DNA of 63,786 nucleotides, counting the filler, from Octopus bimaculoides (lineage: Eukaryota), in NCBI RefSeq assembly GCF_001194135.2. It is 5 parts of 5 records of this genome, joined end to end, with 100 filler letters (N's around TTAATTAATTAA, not from the genome) between each part and the next. Parts side by side here need not be neighbours in the genome. Positions count along the whole stretch, not along the records: positions 1 to 18,859 come from NC_068982.1; positions 18,960 to 46,443 come from NC_068984.1; 3 more parts are not named here. The stretch is one strand, 5' to 3'. Under the pieces are notes generated by a model that saw nothing but the letters and a program-made list of their open reading frames with translations, searched no databases and was not told the origin of the DNA. The translations under genes were made by a program, and so were the position numbers. The first letter of the stretch is position 1. Each line of letters begins with the position of its first letter. This document shows, one piece after another, positions 13,343-25,619 of this stretch.

Positions 13343-14263
13343 TTATATTTGAATTACCTCTATACTTTTGATGAAATATATATTACTTCCCAAGGACTAT
13401 CGTTCATTTACTTCAGCTAAGACTTTCCTGTAACCATCTATTAAATATACCTTCACGAGATTTTTGCCTCGATTCCTACTCAGATGTATAGTGCATATAA
13501 TTTGGTTGCAACGATAGCAGCCTTGGATCTTTTTCTCTTTTATTAAATAACCGTTTATCAGTTTAAATTCCCTTAATGTTTTGAATGCGCCTATTATAAA
13601 TTGAAAATATTTTGCTTTTGAACAGGTAATCAATTTCTTGATAATGTACACATTAATTACAAATTTTCAAATAGTTCACTAGCACCCAAATTAGCTTTGC
13701 ATATATTTCCTCTGCAGTATTCTTTTGATCAAAGAAATTATATTCTTCCAGTTTATCTACGCTAGGGCTTCTAATTATAAGCAACTATGTTATAGACTTT
13801 CTCATCCAGAAAATCTCATCAAGTATCATCTTTCTGTAAATTCTAGTGGAAAGTTATAATACATTACTTTATAAGTTACGGCTCTGCTTAATTGATTTGA
13901 TTTTATTTTATATGATCTGTGTATTTATAATTTATTTTGCATATCCGATATATTTTTTTCTTGTTTAATTTGCTAAAATAACGATATAATGCATTATTTA
14001 TTTGCTTATACTTTTTCTTATAATTTTAACCCAATCTGTTAGAGCATTAGTAATCGCTGTATTAATCTTAAAACACTTAAGTTCATTGTTCGAAATTTAA
14101 TAAAACTACGTGGTTTATTGTAAATTTCAGACCTTAGATACCAAGTATATGCATGCACAAATATTTACATTTTAGTATGGAGTGTGTAGAGAGGAAGAAA
14201 GAGAATGGGAAACTTAGAAGACAGAAAGAAAGATAAATAAACAAAGGCTTTGAACTACGTATA

Positions 14264-14294
<31 letters not shown>

Positions 14295-14315
14295 CATACA
14301 AACATACATACATAC

Positions 14316-15473
14316 TATTACGTTGCCAAGAACGTTCTTGCGGTATTTTAAATTTTGGTTTTAAATGATGTATTTTTAAATTAATTCCCGTAAAATCATT
14401 TTGATTCTATATATTATTTTAAAGCCCATTTTTCGCTCTATCTAATCGTGTTACTCTTTTTCTTTTTGAATAATTAGGCCATTTTTTCGAAACGTTGAAT
14501 ACAACGATATCAACGATGCGTTTGGCCCAGGAACCACTAATGAACGTACAGCACAATGGTATTTCAAGAAATTTCGTAGCGGTGACGAGAGTCTTGAAGA
14601 TGATAATCGTAGTGGTCGGCCATCGGATGTTGACAACGATTAACTAAGAGCCTTAGTCGAAGCCAATCCACGCACAACTGTTCGAGAGCTTGCTTCTGAA
14701 TTAGACGTAACGTATACGATAATTTCCAACCACTTGAAAGAGATTGGAAAAAAATATACTTGAGAAATGGGAGCCGCACGAATTGAACGCCGTTTTGAAC
14801 CGTCGTCTTTCCTTCTTTTACGCAACAAGAACGACCCGTTTCTCAACCGGATTGTGATTGCGATGAAAAATGGATTGTTTACGACAAACAGCGACGCTCA
14901 GCTCAGTGGTTGGATGCCGACAAAGCTCCACGGCACTTCCCGAAGTCAAAGTTGCACCAAAAGAAGGTCATGGTGACTGTCTGGTTGTCTGCAGCCGGTC
15001 TTATCCATCACAACTTGTTGGATCCAGGTGAATCCATTACGGCGAAGTACTGTCAACAAATATGAAATGCAACAACAGCCAGCATTGGTCAACAGAAAAG
15101 GACCAATTCTTCTCCACGACAACGCTCGGCCGCACGTCGCACAACTGTCCCTGCAGGAGTTGAACGAATTGGGCTACAAAACGCTGCCTCATCCGCCATG
15201 ATCTCCAGACCTCTTGCCTATCGACTACCACTTTTTCAGGTATCTCGACAACTTCCTGCGTGAGAAATACTTGATGCCAAACACGCTTTCATCGACTTCA
15301 TCGCCTCCAGAATGCAGGATTTCTACGCTACTGGCATAAATAAGCTTGTTTCGCGTTGGCAAAAGTGTGTTTATTCTGATGGTGTTTATTCCGATTAAGT
15401 TATGTTTGAACCGAGATATGTGCATTTGAATTTAAAGGTTAAAAACCGCAAGTACTTTCTTGACAAACTAATA
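14316..15473 (+). mobile_element. Near full-length decayed mariner transposon (DD34D, Hsmar1/cecropia-like)
   Basis: TIRs tattacgttgccaagaacgttcttgcggtatttt and aaaaaccgcaagtactttcttgacaaactaata with TA ends; INDAFGPGT, DCDEKWIVYD, HDNARPH...SPDLLPIDY with 34-aa D-D spacing; stops and frameshifts. Confidence 0.93.
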
Positions 15474-15685
15474 TCTCGTAACCAGTTTGTTACCTAGTTT
15501 CTGTACTATGTGAACTTGTTCACAAATCACAAATACCAATATACACGCGGGAACGTAACACGTGTTATAGGAAGCAATAATTATGCAGGTGAAAAAAAAG
15601 GAAGAAATGTAATAATAATGCCGTACATATTGGAATGTAACTTTACAAACATTTGATCAATGCTAGTATAGTGAGTTAAAAGTTG

Positions 15686-15741
<56 letters not shown>

Positions 15742-15873
15742 ATCTCTCTTTAATGCTCTTCGTAGCTCTCTCCCTTTCTCTCTGTCTTTATCTCTATCTC
15801 TCTCCCTTTCTCTTTCTCCATCTCTCTCACTCTTTCTCTCTTTCTCTCTCTGTCTCTCTCTCTCTCTCCCCCT

Positions 15874-15904
<31 letters not shown>

Positions 15905-18121
15905 GGTCTATGTTAAAGAATTTAAGACCCACAATAAGATTACACTTTTGCAAGGTATTTCAATGCATTTGTTGTTATATTTTATACTTAATTATCCTGT
16001 ACACCTACGTGAAATCAGGGTATTTTAGTCACTAGCCTTAGGCTGTTTTTCTCTGTGTTTGCGAAATTACTGGCCAACGGCTGAACAGATTTTCACCAAA
16101 TTTGGCAGTAATACTCACTATGTAAGTCGATCGAAATGATGAAAATTTGGTTTCATTATCTTCAAAACTGGTGGAATGGTAAATCAAAACGATTTCACTG
16201 TGCAGATGTTTTTGCGAAAGAATTTATGTACACGTATGTAGACTAGATTTATGCACTCTATTCATTAATTATACAGAAACCCCAGTTGGTAAAGGTGAAG
16301 TATAAAATGAGGTTTTGCAGCTTATCGTACTTCGATTCGGGAATAATTCAACACTTTTTGCGCCAATAAACCACGATTGTTCCTGAATGTTGTTTTCTAT
16401 ATCTTCTAAGGATTGCTTGAAGCTCACTAATTTCCTACACATTAATCCTTGACTCTTACCTTGATGTACATATATATATGCATGTATGTATATGTGTATA
16501 TATACATAATACATATACATATATATATGCATNNNNNNNNNNNNNNNNNNNNNNNNNNNNNNNNNNNNNNNNNNNNNNNNNNNNNNNNNNNNNNNNNNNN
16601 NNNNNNNNNNNNNNNNNNNNNNNNNNNNNNNNNNNNNNNNNNNNNNNNNNNNNNNNNNNNNNNNNNNNNNNNNNNNNNNNNNNNNNNNNNNNNNNNNNNN
16701 NNNNNNNNNNNNNNNNNNNNNNNNNNNNNNNNNNNNNNNNNNNNNNNNNNNNNNNNNNNNNNNNNNNNNNNNNNNNNNNNNNNNNNNNNNNNNNNNNNTA
16801 TATATATATATATTATAATTGAGATACACTTGAATTAGTTACTTAAGGTGAAGCACCAAGTCAGTCCGGTATTATCCGTACACCTCGAAGTAAGGTTAAT
16901 AAAATCAAAATAAGCAACAGGGTATCAAAAAGTGATGCACTGCGACCGTTTCAAGCGGTTCCATTTAATTGAACAATGTAATCATTGCATCAATTTAAAT
17001 GCAGAGCTATCGTCAGAAATGGTTATACTATATCCATATAAACGTATAAATATTTGTATATGTGTATATATGCATATATGTTCATAACCTATTAACCTCT
17101 TATCCTGCATAAATTGTTATTTTTCTTGTTCGGAAATAGATACTTTTTAGTTACATAAGTCTATGATTGATGGCTATACTATATCCATATAAACGTATAA
17201 ATAGCTGTGTATCTGTTAATGTGTGCACATATATAAATTCGTGTGTGTGTGTGTGTGTGTGTGTGTGTACACGTTTCTACTTTTTCTGGTTCTTGTCTTA
17301 TAATTAATATATAAACAGTACGTTTATCTTTCCAGTATTCCATACGAAAATGTCAATCTTTATAGAAACCACCTCGTAAGTAAATTATTAAGTATATGAA
17401 GGACTGTTAAACTGATTCTATGTAATCTTTCCTTTTTAATGTTGAAAATTGATATATATACACATCTTACCTATTTTGGTTATGGTACCATTTTTGATAA
17501 TCTTAAATTTTACTTTATACAACATAACAATATTGTTTATAAACAATCACCCATAGTACCCCTTAATAAAATTTTCTCTGTATTAACATCATAGGTTTTA
17601 TTAGCGTATGCCCCTTTAACTGGTAATTAACATCATGATTTAGGATCTTCCCCTACCCAGCGCCCTTTTATAGACAGTTACTCTATACCCAATTTACTAC
17701 TCCTAATATCTTGACAATATTTATGACTATACCTAGCCATGAGCTGTCAACTCACTCTAGCCCTACATTCTAAACAGACACAGACCTCTTGTCTGAGATT
17801 TTGTAGTTGATAAAAAGACAAATACATTAGAAATGAACTACAATCCTTTACAAGCTATGACCCCATTGCGCTTCATGTCTTTCTTGGAAATGTAGTCTAT
17901 TCTTAGCTACAATAGTGACATGTATTTCTTCCATCTTCTTTCTCTGTTAAAGTATTTCAGAAAAAAATTATTTTAATATGTTCAACGGATTAAAATTCTA
18001 TTTATTTGTGCAGCTGATATTTCTGCATTTAAATTGATGTAATGATTGCACTGTTCAATTAAATAGAGCCGATTGGAACTGTCGAACTGCATCAATTTTT
18101 GATATCCTGTTGCTTATTTAG

Positions 18122-18164
<43 letters not shown>

Positions 18165-18903
18165 GATAAATTGCTGGCCACGTGTCAAAAATTTAACATT
18201 TCCCTCTGAATTGCTGTCGCCTTCTATAGTATATTTTTATATTTTGTAATGATATACATAACAGAAACAGTAACTGGTAACTGAATAACTCCTACATTTT
18301 CGAAACATGTAGACAATAAGTATGAGTTTGAATATTAGCGTTCATTTAACAAATAGGAATTGGACGTTAAAGGGAGAATAGATGACTATGTTTCAAATTA
18401 GTATACGAAAATATATTGTTGAGTTAGTAGGATGTGCATAAAAACGTTTGAAAGAGGTATATCTGAAGTTAGTATTAAATACTGAACGAAGAACTTACTT
18501 TTGTAACCAACTTATAGAATTGGGAATTGCAGGCCGCTGTCGGTTCGAAGGAAGAATATTGAGTGAAATGAAATATTAAAAGAAACTTTTTGATTATTTA
18601 TAAGTCTTAAAATTTTGACTCATAAAATATTTCTAAAAAATGTATTCTCTTAAAATTTACATTATTGTTTGGGTATGTGTTATATAATTTCATTAACAAT
18701 TAATTAGAGACAATAATGACTAATGTCAATAAGTTAATTAACTATACAATATATTGTAACATAATTTATTATATTCATAATTTATTTATAATTTAGTTTC
18801 TTAAATAAAGAGAACAGTATATTTTTGTGTGTATGAGCGTAAAAATAAATATACGTGTGNNNNNNNNNNNNNNNNNNNNNNNNNNNNNNNNNNNNNNNNN
18901 NNN

Positions 18904-18915
18904 TTAATTAATTAA
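18904..18915. other. Artificial assembly linker TTAATTAATTAA between N runs (also ~46488, ~59099, ~62716)
   Basis: Identical 12-mer with stops in all six frames, always embedded in N runs of similar length. Confidence 0.9.
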
Positions 18916-19998
18916 NNNNNNNNNNNNNNNNNNNNNNNNNNNNNNNNNNNNNNNNNNNNTCTATCTGATCTGATATAAACGAAATTGTTACAAACAAACA
19001 TATGGACGCACATACTTACATATAAGCACGAACACATAAGTGCGTGCACACATATGAGCGTGCACACATACGAGCTTGCACACACTCACATGCTCATACC
19101 GAACAGTTTCAGAACAACGCCAAATCAGACATTCAAAATAAATGGAAGTGGAGAGACAAGTTACTGAAGAGATTGCCAGAGTGCAATGAAATAATTTAAC
19201 AAAAAACTATATAAATTAATAAAGGACTGAACCAGTGCGTATGTTTATTACCGGCATAATGCCTCTCCCAAGGTTTAATTGTATTTCTTTCAACACACGT
19301 ATCCACATCAAGAATCTTGCACACGAAATACACATACCAAAAAACTATGCTAACAAAAAAACTGATGCAAACTGGTAAGTAAAAATACAAATTACATCTT
19401 TATTTAGATTTAGCTAATATTTGTTTGAAGAGATAAATATATACATATATTCTGGGCTCAAGTAAATGAATATGTCTTAATTAGTATCTGTTGTGGCAGA
19501 CTATAACCCAGTAAGGAAACAGTATGTATGGCTGTGGCTCTGTATCTCAGATGTTCTAAATATGGGCTCATTGCTTTGAATTAAGTATATAAAAAATTAC
19601 AAAAATAGAGATTGAAATCTAACACAGAAGGTAGAAACTTGCTGAAAGTTATTCAATAAGAAGCAACAACCAGGCAGTCATAAATCAATGACTTAATTAT
19701 CAGAAATGATGTTCTATGCTATAATATTATTGTCTGTTTATCATTATGTATATACACTCTTTCAGTTATATTCTATGTATAATTATAACTATTTATCCTT
19801 TCAGCTATTTTCTATATATGTGTTATTTTGTATATATGGTTGACTCCGCATTTACACTTCCAAATGTGGAAAATATCCCAACAAAACAAAGCAAAAAAAT
19901 CTCATTGCGAATAACAAAAATTGCAAATTTCTTTTTATTCTATGGACGATGCCTTATTTGATACCTACAAAATTACATAACCATTTACTCTTTTGCAG

Positions 19999-20070
19999 GT
20001 CTCAAATTTGCTGTCACAATCTTCACAGACACCTCCAAATGATAGCCAGTTGAGAACACTCAAAACGACT
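19999..20070 (+). CDS. CUBN: Cubilin-like gene, N-terminal region exon (VSNLLSQSSQTPPNDSQLRTLKTT)
   Basis: ttttgcag acceptor and gtaagt donor; 72 nt, phase 0/0, open and in frame with the downstream exons; the peptide alone is not diagnostic. Confidence 0.65.
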
Positions 20071-20487
20071 GTAAGTGATTTTTGGTAAATATTACACTAA
20101 AGGCAACACAATACATGCAAAAAGATAATTATTTGTGACATAGGCATAAAACTAGAAATTTGATGGGAGGGGTTAGTTGATTATATCAACCCCAAAATGA
20201 TGAAAGGTAAAGTTGACCTCAACAAACTTTGAAATCAGAACATAAAGAACCTGAAGAAATGCCACAAGGCATTTTTTCTGAGCTTTTAACTAAGCATTGG
20301 AGGTTGAGAATTACAAGAGAAAGGAAAAGGTAGAATTGTGACTAATGAATGTTGGTCTGACATCTGCAAGAGCATGAAGATAGTAGAAATAAATAACCAG
20401 GGCCCTTTTTTTTTAGCAGCACAGAATATAGGTGTTATTTTAGAGAAAACTGGTTTTCAGTTGAAGATAATATGGTATCAATATTTG

Positions 20488-21010
20488 CATATTTATATAT
20501 ATATATAAAACTCAGTATGTGTGTGTGTGTAAACCCGCATAACTTCTGAAGTTCACAACTGATTTTCTTCAAACTGGGAACATACATTACTCATGTTCCA
20601 GAGATGGTTTTAAACTCTTAAAATTTTTCACATAATGTGTAATGGGGCCTCTGGGGCTAGAAAACCCCCCTTCCTGGGGTAAGTATGACTATTGTGGAGA
20701 AGGGAGGTAACTCTTTTTAAAGTAACTTTTCTTAAAATTTGCTAAGATATTGACATTATTTACCTTTTTTTATTGACATTTCATTATTAACATACAATTG
20801 TCATCTTAGTTTATTACATCATATTTCTTGACTTAATGTCTCCAAAGAAGAGATCCTCCATTGGCCGAAAAACTGTGGTAGCAGAGAAATTGGAAAGAAG
20901 GAGAGCAAATGGATCATCATATGAAACTTCAATTAGACAATCACAAAATACTGCATGTACAACTACTGCAAGAGCAATGGAAAGCAATGAGCAGTGGCCA
21001 GGAATGCTGC
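20488..21010 (+). mobile_element. Helitron-like 5' fragment in a cubilin intron
   Basis: atatatatataaaa start, ctgattttcttcaaactggg motif, and ORF start MSPKKRSSIGRKTVVAEKLERRRANGSSYETSIRQ resembling Rep/Hel N-termini as recalled. Confidence 0.5.
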
Positions 21011-21572
21011 ATTAACAGTTTCAGCCAGTCCACTCCTGCCTCCCACATCATTTCTTTCATTTAGATTTCTCTCATGTGATGCTGTTGAGTGTGCCCACAA
21101 GCTTAATTTATCATATAGATGTAGTTCCTATGTCTGCTGATTGTTCAGTGTGGTAGCAGCAGTGTTGACAGCCGCAAAGAGAGTATATCCACTGACAGCT
21201 TTTTGGTGTGTTCAAAAATCCCATACCCCGCTCCCACTTTTCCCTGACAAGGTTAGAGCTTGGAATCTTCCAAACAGATGCATGACATATCACTTGGTCG
21301 AACTACCCTTCCATTTACTCCACAAATGTTTTGTTGTCAATGTTGCACATTTCAGCTTAACTGTACAATATGTATTACATGTTTCAGCTTAACTATACCA
21401 TATATACAAACTATGACATTTAAATCTCAAGCAATGTCAGGTATATCTGCTATTTCTTAATACATCTCGGCAGGTTAAGATGCAAAATATGCTAGTTGCT
21501 GTAGTGTATGTCAACGGAGAAAAACTTCTCTTTTGTAACAATTGTATTTCCAATACATACAACGCATTGGCA

Positions 21573-21778
21573 TATGAAGGGGTGCTGAAAAGTTCTGGCT
21601 TTGGATAAAAGAAAATACAGGAGGATAAGTTAATTATGATTTTATTCAGCATATTTCCCTGAAATTTACACTTTGCAGTGGTCCTTTAGTTTTTCTAAGC
21701 CCTGTAAAAGAACTCAGAAGGTTGGGCCTCCAACCAGGCCTTTTGCAGTACCCTTAAAGTCAAGGACTTTTAAGCACT
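21573..21778 (+). mobile_element. Mariner-type MITE, CpG-decayed copy
   Basis: Homologous to 53076-53294 and 54336-54533. Confidence 0.85.
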
Positions 21779-23214
21779 GATCAGCTGCTTGACTGGACTC
21801 AAAGGCCCAAGTACTTCTGCTGGATGAGACAACATGTTCAGAATCCAATGTGTGAAAGAACTGGGTGTGTTGAACACACTCTCATCATAAGAGATGTTTT
21901 TCTCTTGACATTATAACAACTAGCATATTTTGCACCTGAATCTGCCTAGATGTATTAAATAAATATGCGAATATTCATTCTGGATCTCCCTATAATAGTG
22001 TAAAAAAAGATTTTATAACATGCTACATTGATTCCCCTATCTATTGGTAAGAGCTCACTTCTTGTGTGATACATTATGCTTTTTTGTTAATTTCTATATA
22101 AACAAGAAATCTTAACTGAAGTTAAATTTTCTAAAGAAAAGGAAAAAATTAACAGAAATTGAAGTTGGAGTGTGGATTACATTTGTATTGAATTTACTTC
22201 CAGATCTTGCATTTACTAAAATTAAAAGCAATTTCTCTAATTTGAAATCAATAGTTCTCAACCCCACCTACAAATTACTTAAGAAATTTTCTCTTAGTCT
22301 CTCAAACAACTGATAAAAATCTCCCAGGAATTTATCAAAACTTGCTTTATAAATTACTACACTCATTTGGTCCTCTAGACTTGATATATTGCAGATAAAA
22401 TATCTAAAAGCCATTGTAAAAGCAAGTTTTATTTTCTTTATATATGTTTTATATTAAAACTGGCTTTCTTGGTTGTTTAGAATAAAAGTTAATGGAGAAT
22501 TAATTATCATGTTAGAAATAAATGTAAAAGAAATTTCAAGTGCTTTTATTGAAAGTTTAATTTGGTGGTTCAAATTTACCAGACCAAACATCATGCTGTG
22601 AGAATATCTTCTTTCACAAGCCAGACATTTTATGTCTTTTACTGACCTCAAACAATAGCAAAGGTCACTTTCCAACAATGACTTGGGTCTGACAAGCAGG
22701 TTGGTAAGCTGGATCTAAATTTAAGTAAAATGTAGGCATGGCTGTGTGGTTAAAACGTTTGCTTTGCAACTATGCGATTTATGATTCAGTCCCACTGTGT
22801 GGTACCTTGGGCATGCATCTTCTACTATAGCTTTAATTTGACCAATTATAAGTAAAAATTTTTCATGTATAAAAACCAAATGGAAGCTTTTTGTCTTATA
22901 AATTAACTTGTCAGATTGTTTTTACTTCTTTCCTTACAGAATGTTAATACTACTGAACATTAAAGGATATTAACTTTATGTCCTTTCTCTGATAACACTG
23001 GCCACGAACTTATACATTTTGACAAATTACTGGTATCACATTAATAAAAAAAAATCAAAGATGAAAATACTTATATTAAAAAAAAAAAATGGTGTGTATA
23101 AGAATTAACCATTAATGAAACCTAAGTAGAGATCAGTGATAAAGTGACAGTGATGTGTGACAAATGACTTTGATAATAATAACTGAAAATATTCAAATAC
23201 CTAATAGTACAATT

Positions 23215-23540
23215 GATAGTAACATCGTGGTTGTCCCCGTGTACAGCTATGGCCTCTGCATCCCTCTCCAGCTGAGCATCCCTAATCTTGTGGGCACATG
23301 GTTGCTGGTGCCATGTAAAAAGCACCCATACCGGTGACGCATAAACGTATCTATGCCAGTGCTCTGTAAAAGCATCCAGTATCCTATGTAAAGTGGTAGG
23401 CATTAGAAAGGGCATCCAACTGTAGAAACCATGCCAAAACAGACAATTGGAGCCAGGTGCAGCTTTTCAGCTGGTCAACTCTTGTCAAACTATCCAACCC
23501 ATACCAGCATGGAAAATGGATGTTAGATAATGATGATGAT
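23215..23540 (+). mobile_element. SINE/RTE-tail family D copy ending in (GAT)n; inverted copy at ~46155-46443
   Basis: gcattagaaagggcatccaactgtagaaacc...atggaaaatggatgttagataatgatgatg matches the reverse complement of 46155-46330. Confidence 0.7.
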
Positions 23541-23646
23541 GAATTATATAACCCAACTAAAACAAAACCCTTATAAGTATTTTTTATATTGGTTCTTTTG
23601 ATCATTAATTTTTGGTTCTTGAGATCCTTTGATGTCTTTTTTACAG

Positions 23647-23685
23647 GTTGAACAGTTGCAAGCCTCTCTCCAAGAAGTTAAAACT
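23647..23685 (+). CDS. CUBN: Cubilin-like gene, 39-nt coiled-coil exon (VEQLQASLQEVKT)
   Basis: ttacag acceptor, gtaagt donor, phase 0/0; heptad-like peptide just before EGF1, as in the cubilin N-terminal stalk. Confidence 0.78.
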
Positions 23686-23923
23686 GTAAGTCAGATTGAT
23701 TCATTTGCTATTGAAAGTTATTCTGTTTCTTGTGTCATGCTTGGTTTTTCTTAATTCTATTTAATAAGCTTTTAGAATTCATTCAGTATTCTAACAGCAA
23801 TTAACATATGGATAATTAAATTTCCTGAAATAATTGATTCAATTGTTTCTCAGATAATTTGAGCTAATGATAATGAACTTAACAAGAAACTCTTTCTTAA
23901 CTTCTAAATTTGTATTGCTGTAG

Positions 23924-24025
23924 GATTTGGAAGAAGATAATTGTGCAAGTAATCCTTGTTTACATGGTGGAACTTGTTATGATCGCTATAAAGGCTTTTA
24001 CTGTAACTGTATTCCAGGATGGATG
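23924..24025 (+). CDS. CUBN: Cubilin-like gene, EGF1 exon (DLEEDNCASNPCLHGGTCYDRYKGFYCNCIPGWM)
   Basis: tag acceptor, gtaaga donor, EGF cysteine spacing. Confidence 0.95.
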
Positions 24026-24584
24026 GTAAGAAATTTATTTATAAGATCTGGGATTTATGTTGAATCATTTTGTAAACAAAAATATACGTCCATGTACAAA
24101 TGTATGTAAATTTTTTATTTTTGGATAAACATTCAACCATATGAATATTGAAATATGTAGTTTCTTTACACTCTATAATTTCTGAGACATTTTCTTTTTC
24201 CAAGATGCATTATGTGTTAATTCTTTGTCTAATGATTTTGAAAATCTCTTTAGATAAATTCTTTCCTGCATTTTCTATTGTTTCATTTTATTTATAACCA
24301 AACATATGGTGAATTATATGCTGGTGCACCAGTATATAGTAATGTATCTTACATTCAATGAGCATAGTTTTGAGCATGTCAAAGAACTATGTAAAATTTC
24401 ATTGGCTTATTATTGATCAGTAGGTAGTATTTAAACCTACATTGGTGGCCATGCGGATAAGAACATTGTTATCCTTAATATAGACATAAGTTACTTGGTT
24501 GAATCCAGTCTGTTATTATTTACATACCCTGATGACAATAGATCAAACCAAATGAAAATAGTGTAGATATATAGATATAGGTAC

Positions 24585-24719
24585 AAGCATGGCCATGTGG
24601 TAAGAAGCTTGCTTCCTAACTATATGGTTCCTGGTTCAGTCAGTGTCTTCAACTATAGCCTTTGGCTGACCAAATCCTTGAGAGTGCATTTGGTAGACGG
24701 AAACTGGAAGAAGCTCATC

Positions 24720-24779
<60 letters not shown>

Positions 24780-25005
24780 TTATTTATGTGTGTCTGTGTC
24801 TGCCCTCCACCACCGTTTGACAACCAGTGTTGGTAAGTTATGGAACTTAGCAGTTTGGCAAAAGAAACTAATACAAAAAGTACCAGGCTTAACAAAAAAA
24901 TTAAGAACTGGCGTCAATTTATTCAATTAAAAGTTCTTAAAGGTGATGCCCCAGCATGGCCACAGCCTAATGACTGAATCAAGTAAAAGGTAAAAGATAA
25001 AAGAT
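24585..25005 (+). mobile_element. tRNA-headed SINE family B with CORE-like segment and internal microsatellite; copies at ~53315-53745, partials at ~590-680, 10040-10255, 12680-12875, 22733-22880, 38645-38810
   Basis: ggcatggctgtgtggtaagaagcttgcttcc head; tcccactgcgtggaaccttgggcaagtgtcttct CORE-like motif in the 53315 copy; shared cagcatggccgcagtc...gactgaaacaagtaaaa tail. Confidence 0.75.
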
Positions 25006-25416
25006 ATTAAGAAATGGTTCATCTCTAAAACATGGTTAATAATTTGAAATATATCATCTTAATATTTAAATCTCTGCTTATAAATTTGGGAATTGCTCCT
25101 AAACCTGTCTTTATAAAATATTTTCGTTGGTGATACTACTTTATAAGAATGGTTATGGTGATAAGGCAACTTCTTCGTATGGCCAAATGTATTGAAATGC
25201 CCTTCCATCAAATATTTGGTGATTTCTATAATCCTTACCAAGAATTAACCATACCAATTGTTGTATTCTTTTGTCATAGCATTAATATTAATTACTTTTC
25301 TGTTAAATTTTTATCATTTTATTTAGTTTTCTTTCAGTCCTGTTTTTTTTTTTTTTTTACTAAAGAATGTACCTTCATTTATATGTTAAATTATTGCTTC
25401 ATTACATCTGAATTAG

Positions 25417-25520
25417 GGCCCATCATGTAGTGAAGATGTCAATGAATGTTCAGAGTTTGTTGGTACTCAACTGGGCTGCCAGAATGGGGGCACATGCATC
25501 AACACTTATGGAAGTTACAG
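25417..25520 (+). CDS. CUBN: Cubilin-like gene, end of EGF1 and Ca-binding EGF2 ([34 protein letters not shown])
   Basis: AG/GT boundaries, phase 0 to 2; DVNEC...[16 protein letters not shown] resembles cubilin EGF2 as recalled. Confidence 0.95.
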
Positions 25521-25619
25521 GTAGTTATAATTGTAGTTTTTAAGTTTCATAAAAGCAAATATTTTTCTCCTACAGCAGGTTGAAAGAAACAGAATAACAT
25601 TAAACTAAATGCTACTTGA

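Noticed and set aside
13397-13651. ORF with CYRCNQI, possible gag zinc knuckle
   Set aside because: Lacks the H and final C of CCHC; no supporting context
19290-19375. Candidate upstream cubilin exon ending at a gtaagt donor
   Set aside because: The phase-0 frame needed to join 19999 contains stops; no good acceptor
23927-24109. Notch/Delta/fibrillin identity for the EGF exons
   Set aside because: The order coiled-coil, then EGF1-7 with PKYSC, NGGCHP and GPNGC motifs fits cubilin specifically
24529-24570. CTGATGA...GAAA in a cubilin intron
   Set aside because: No helix II pairing and no helix I or III
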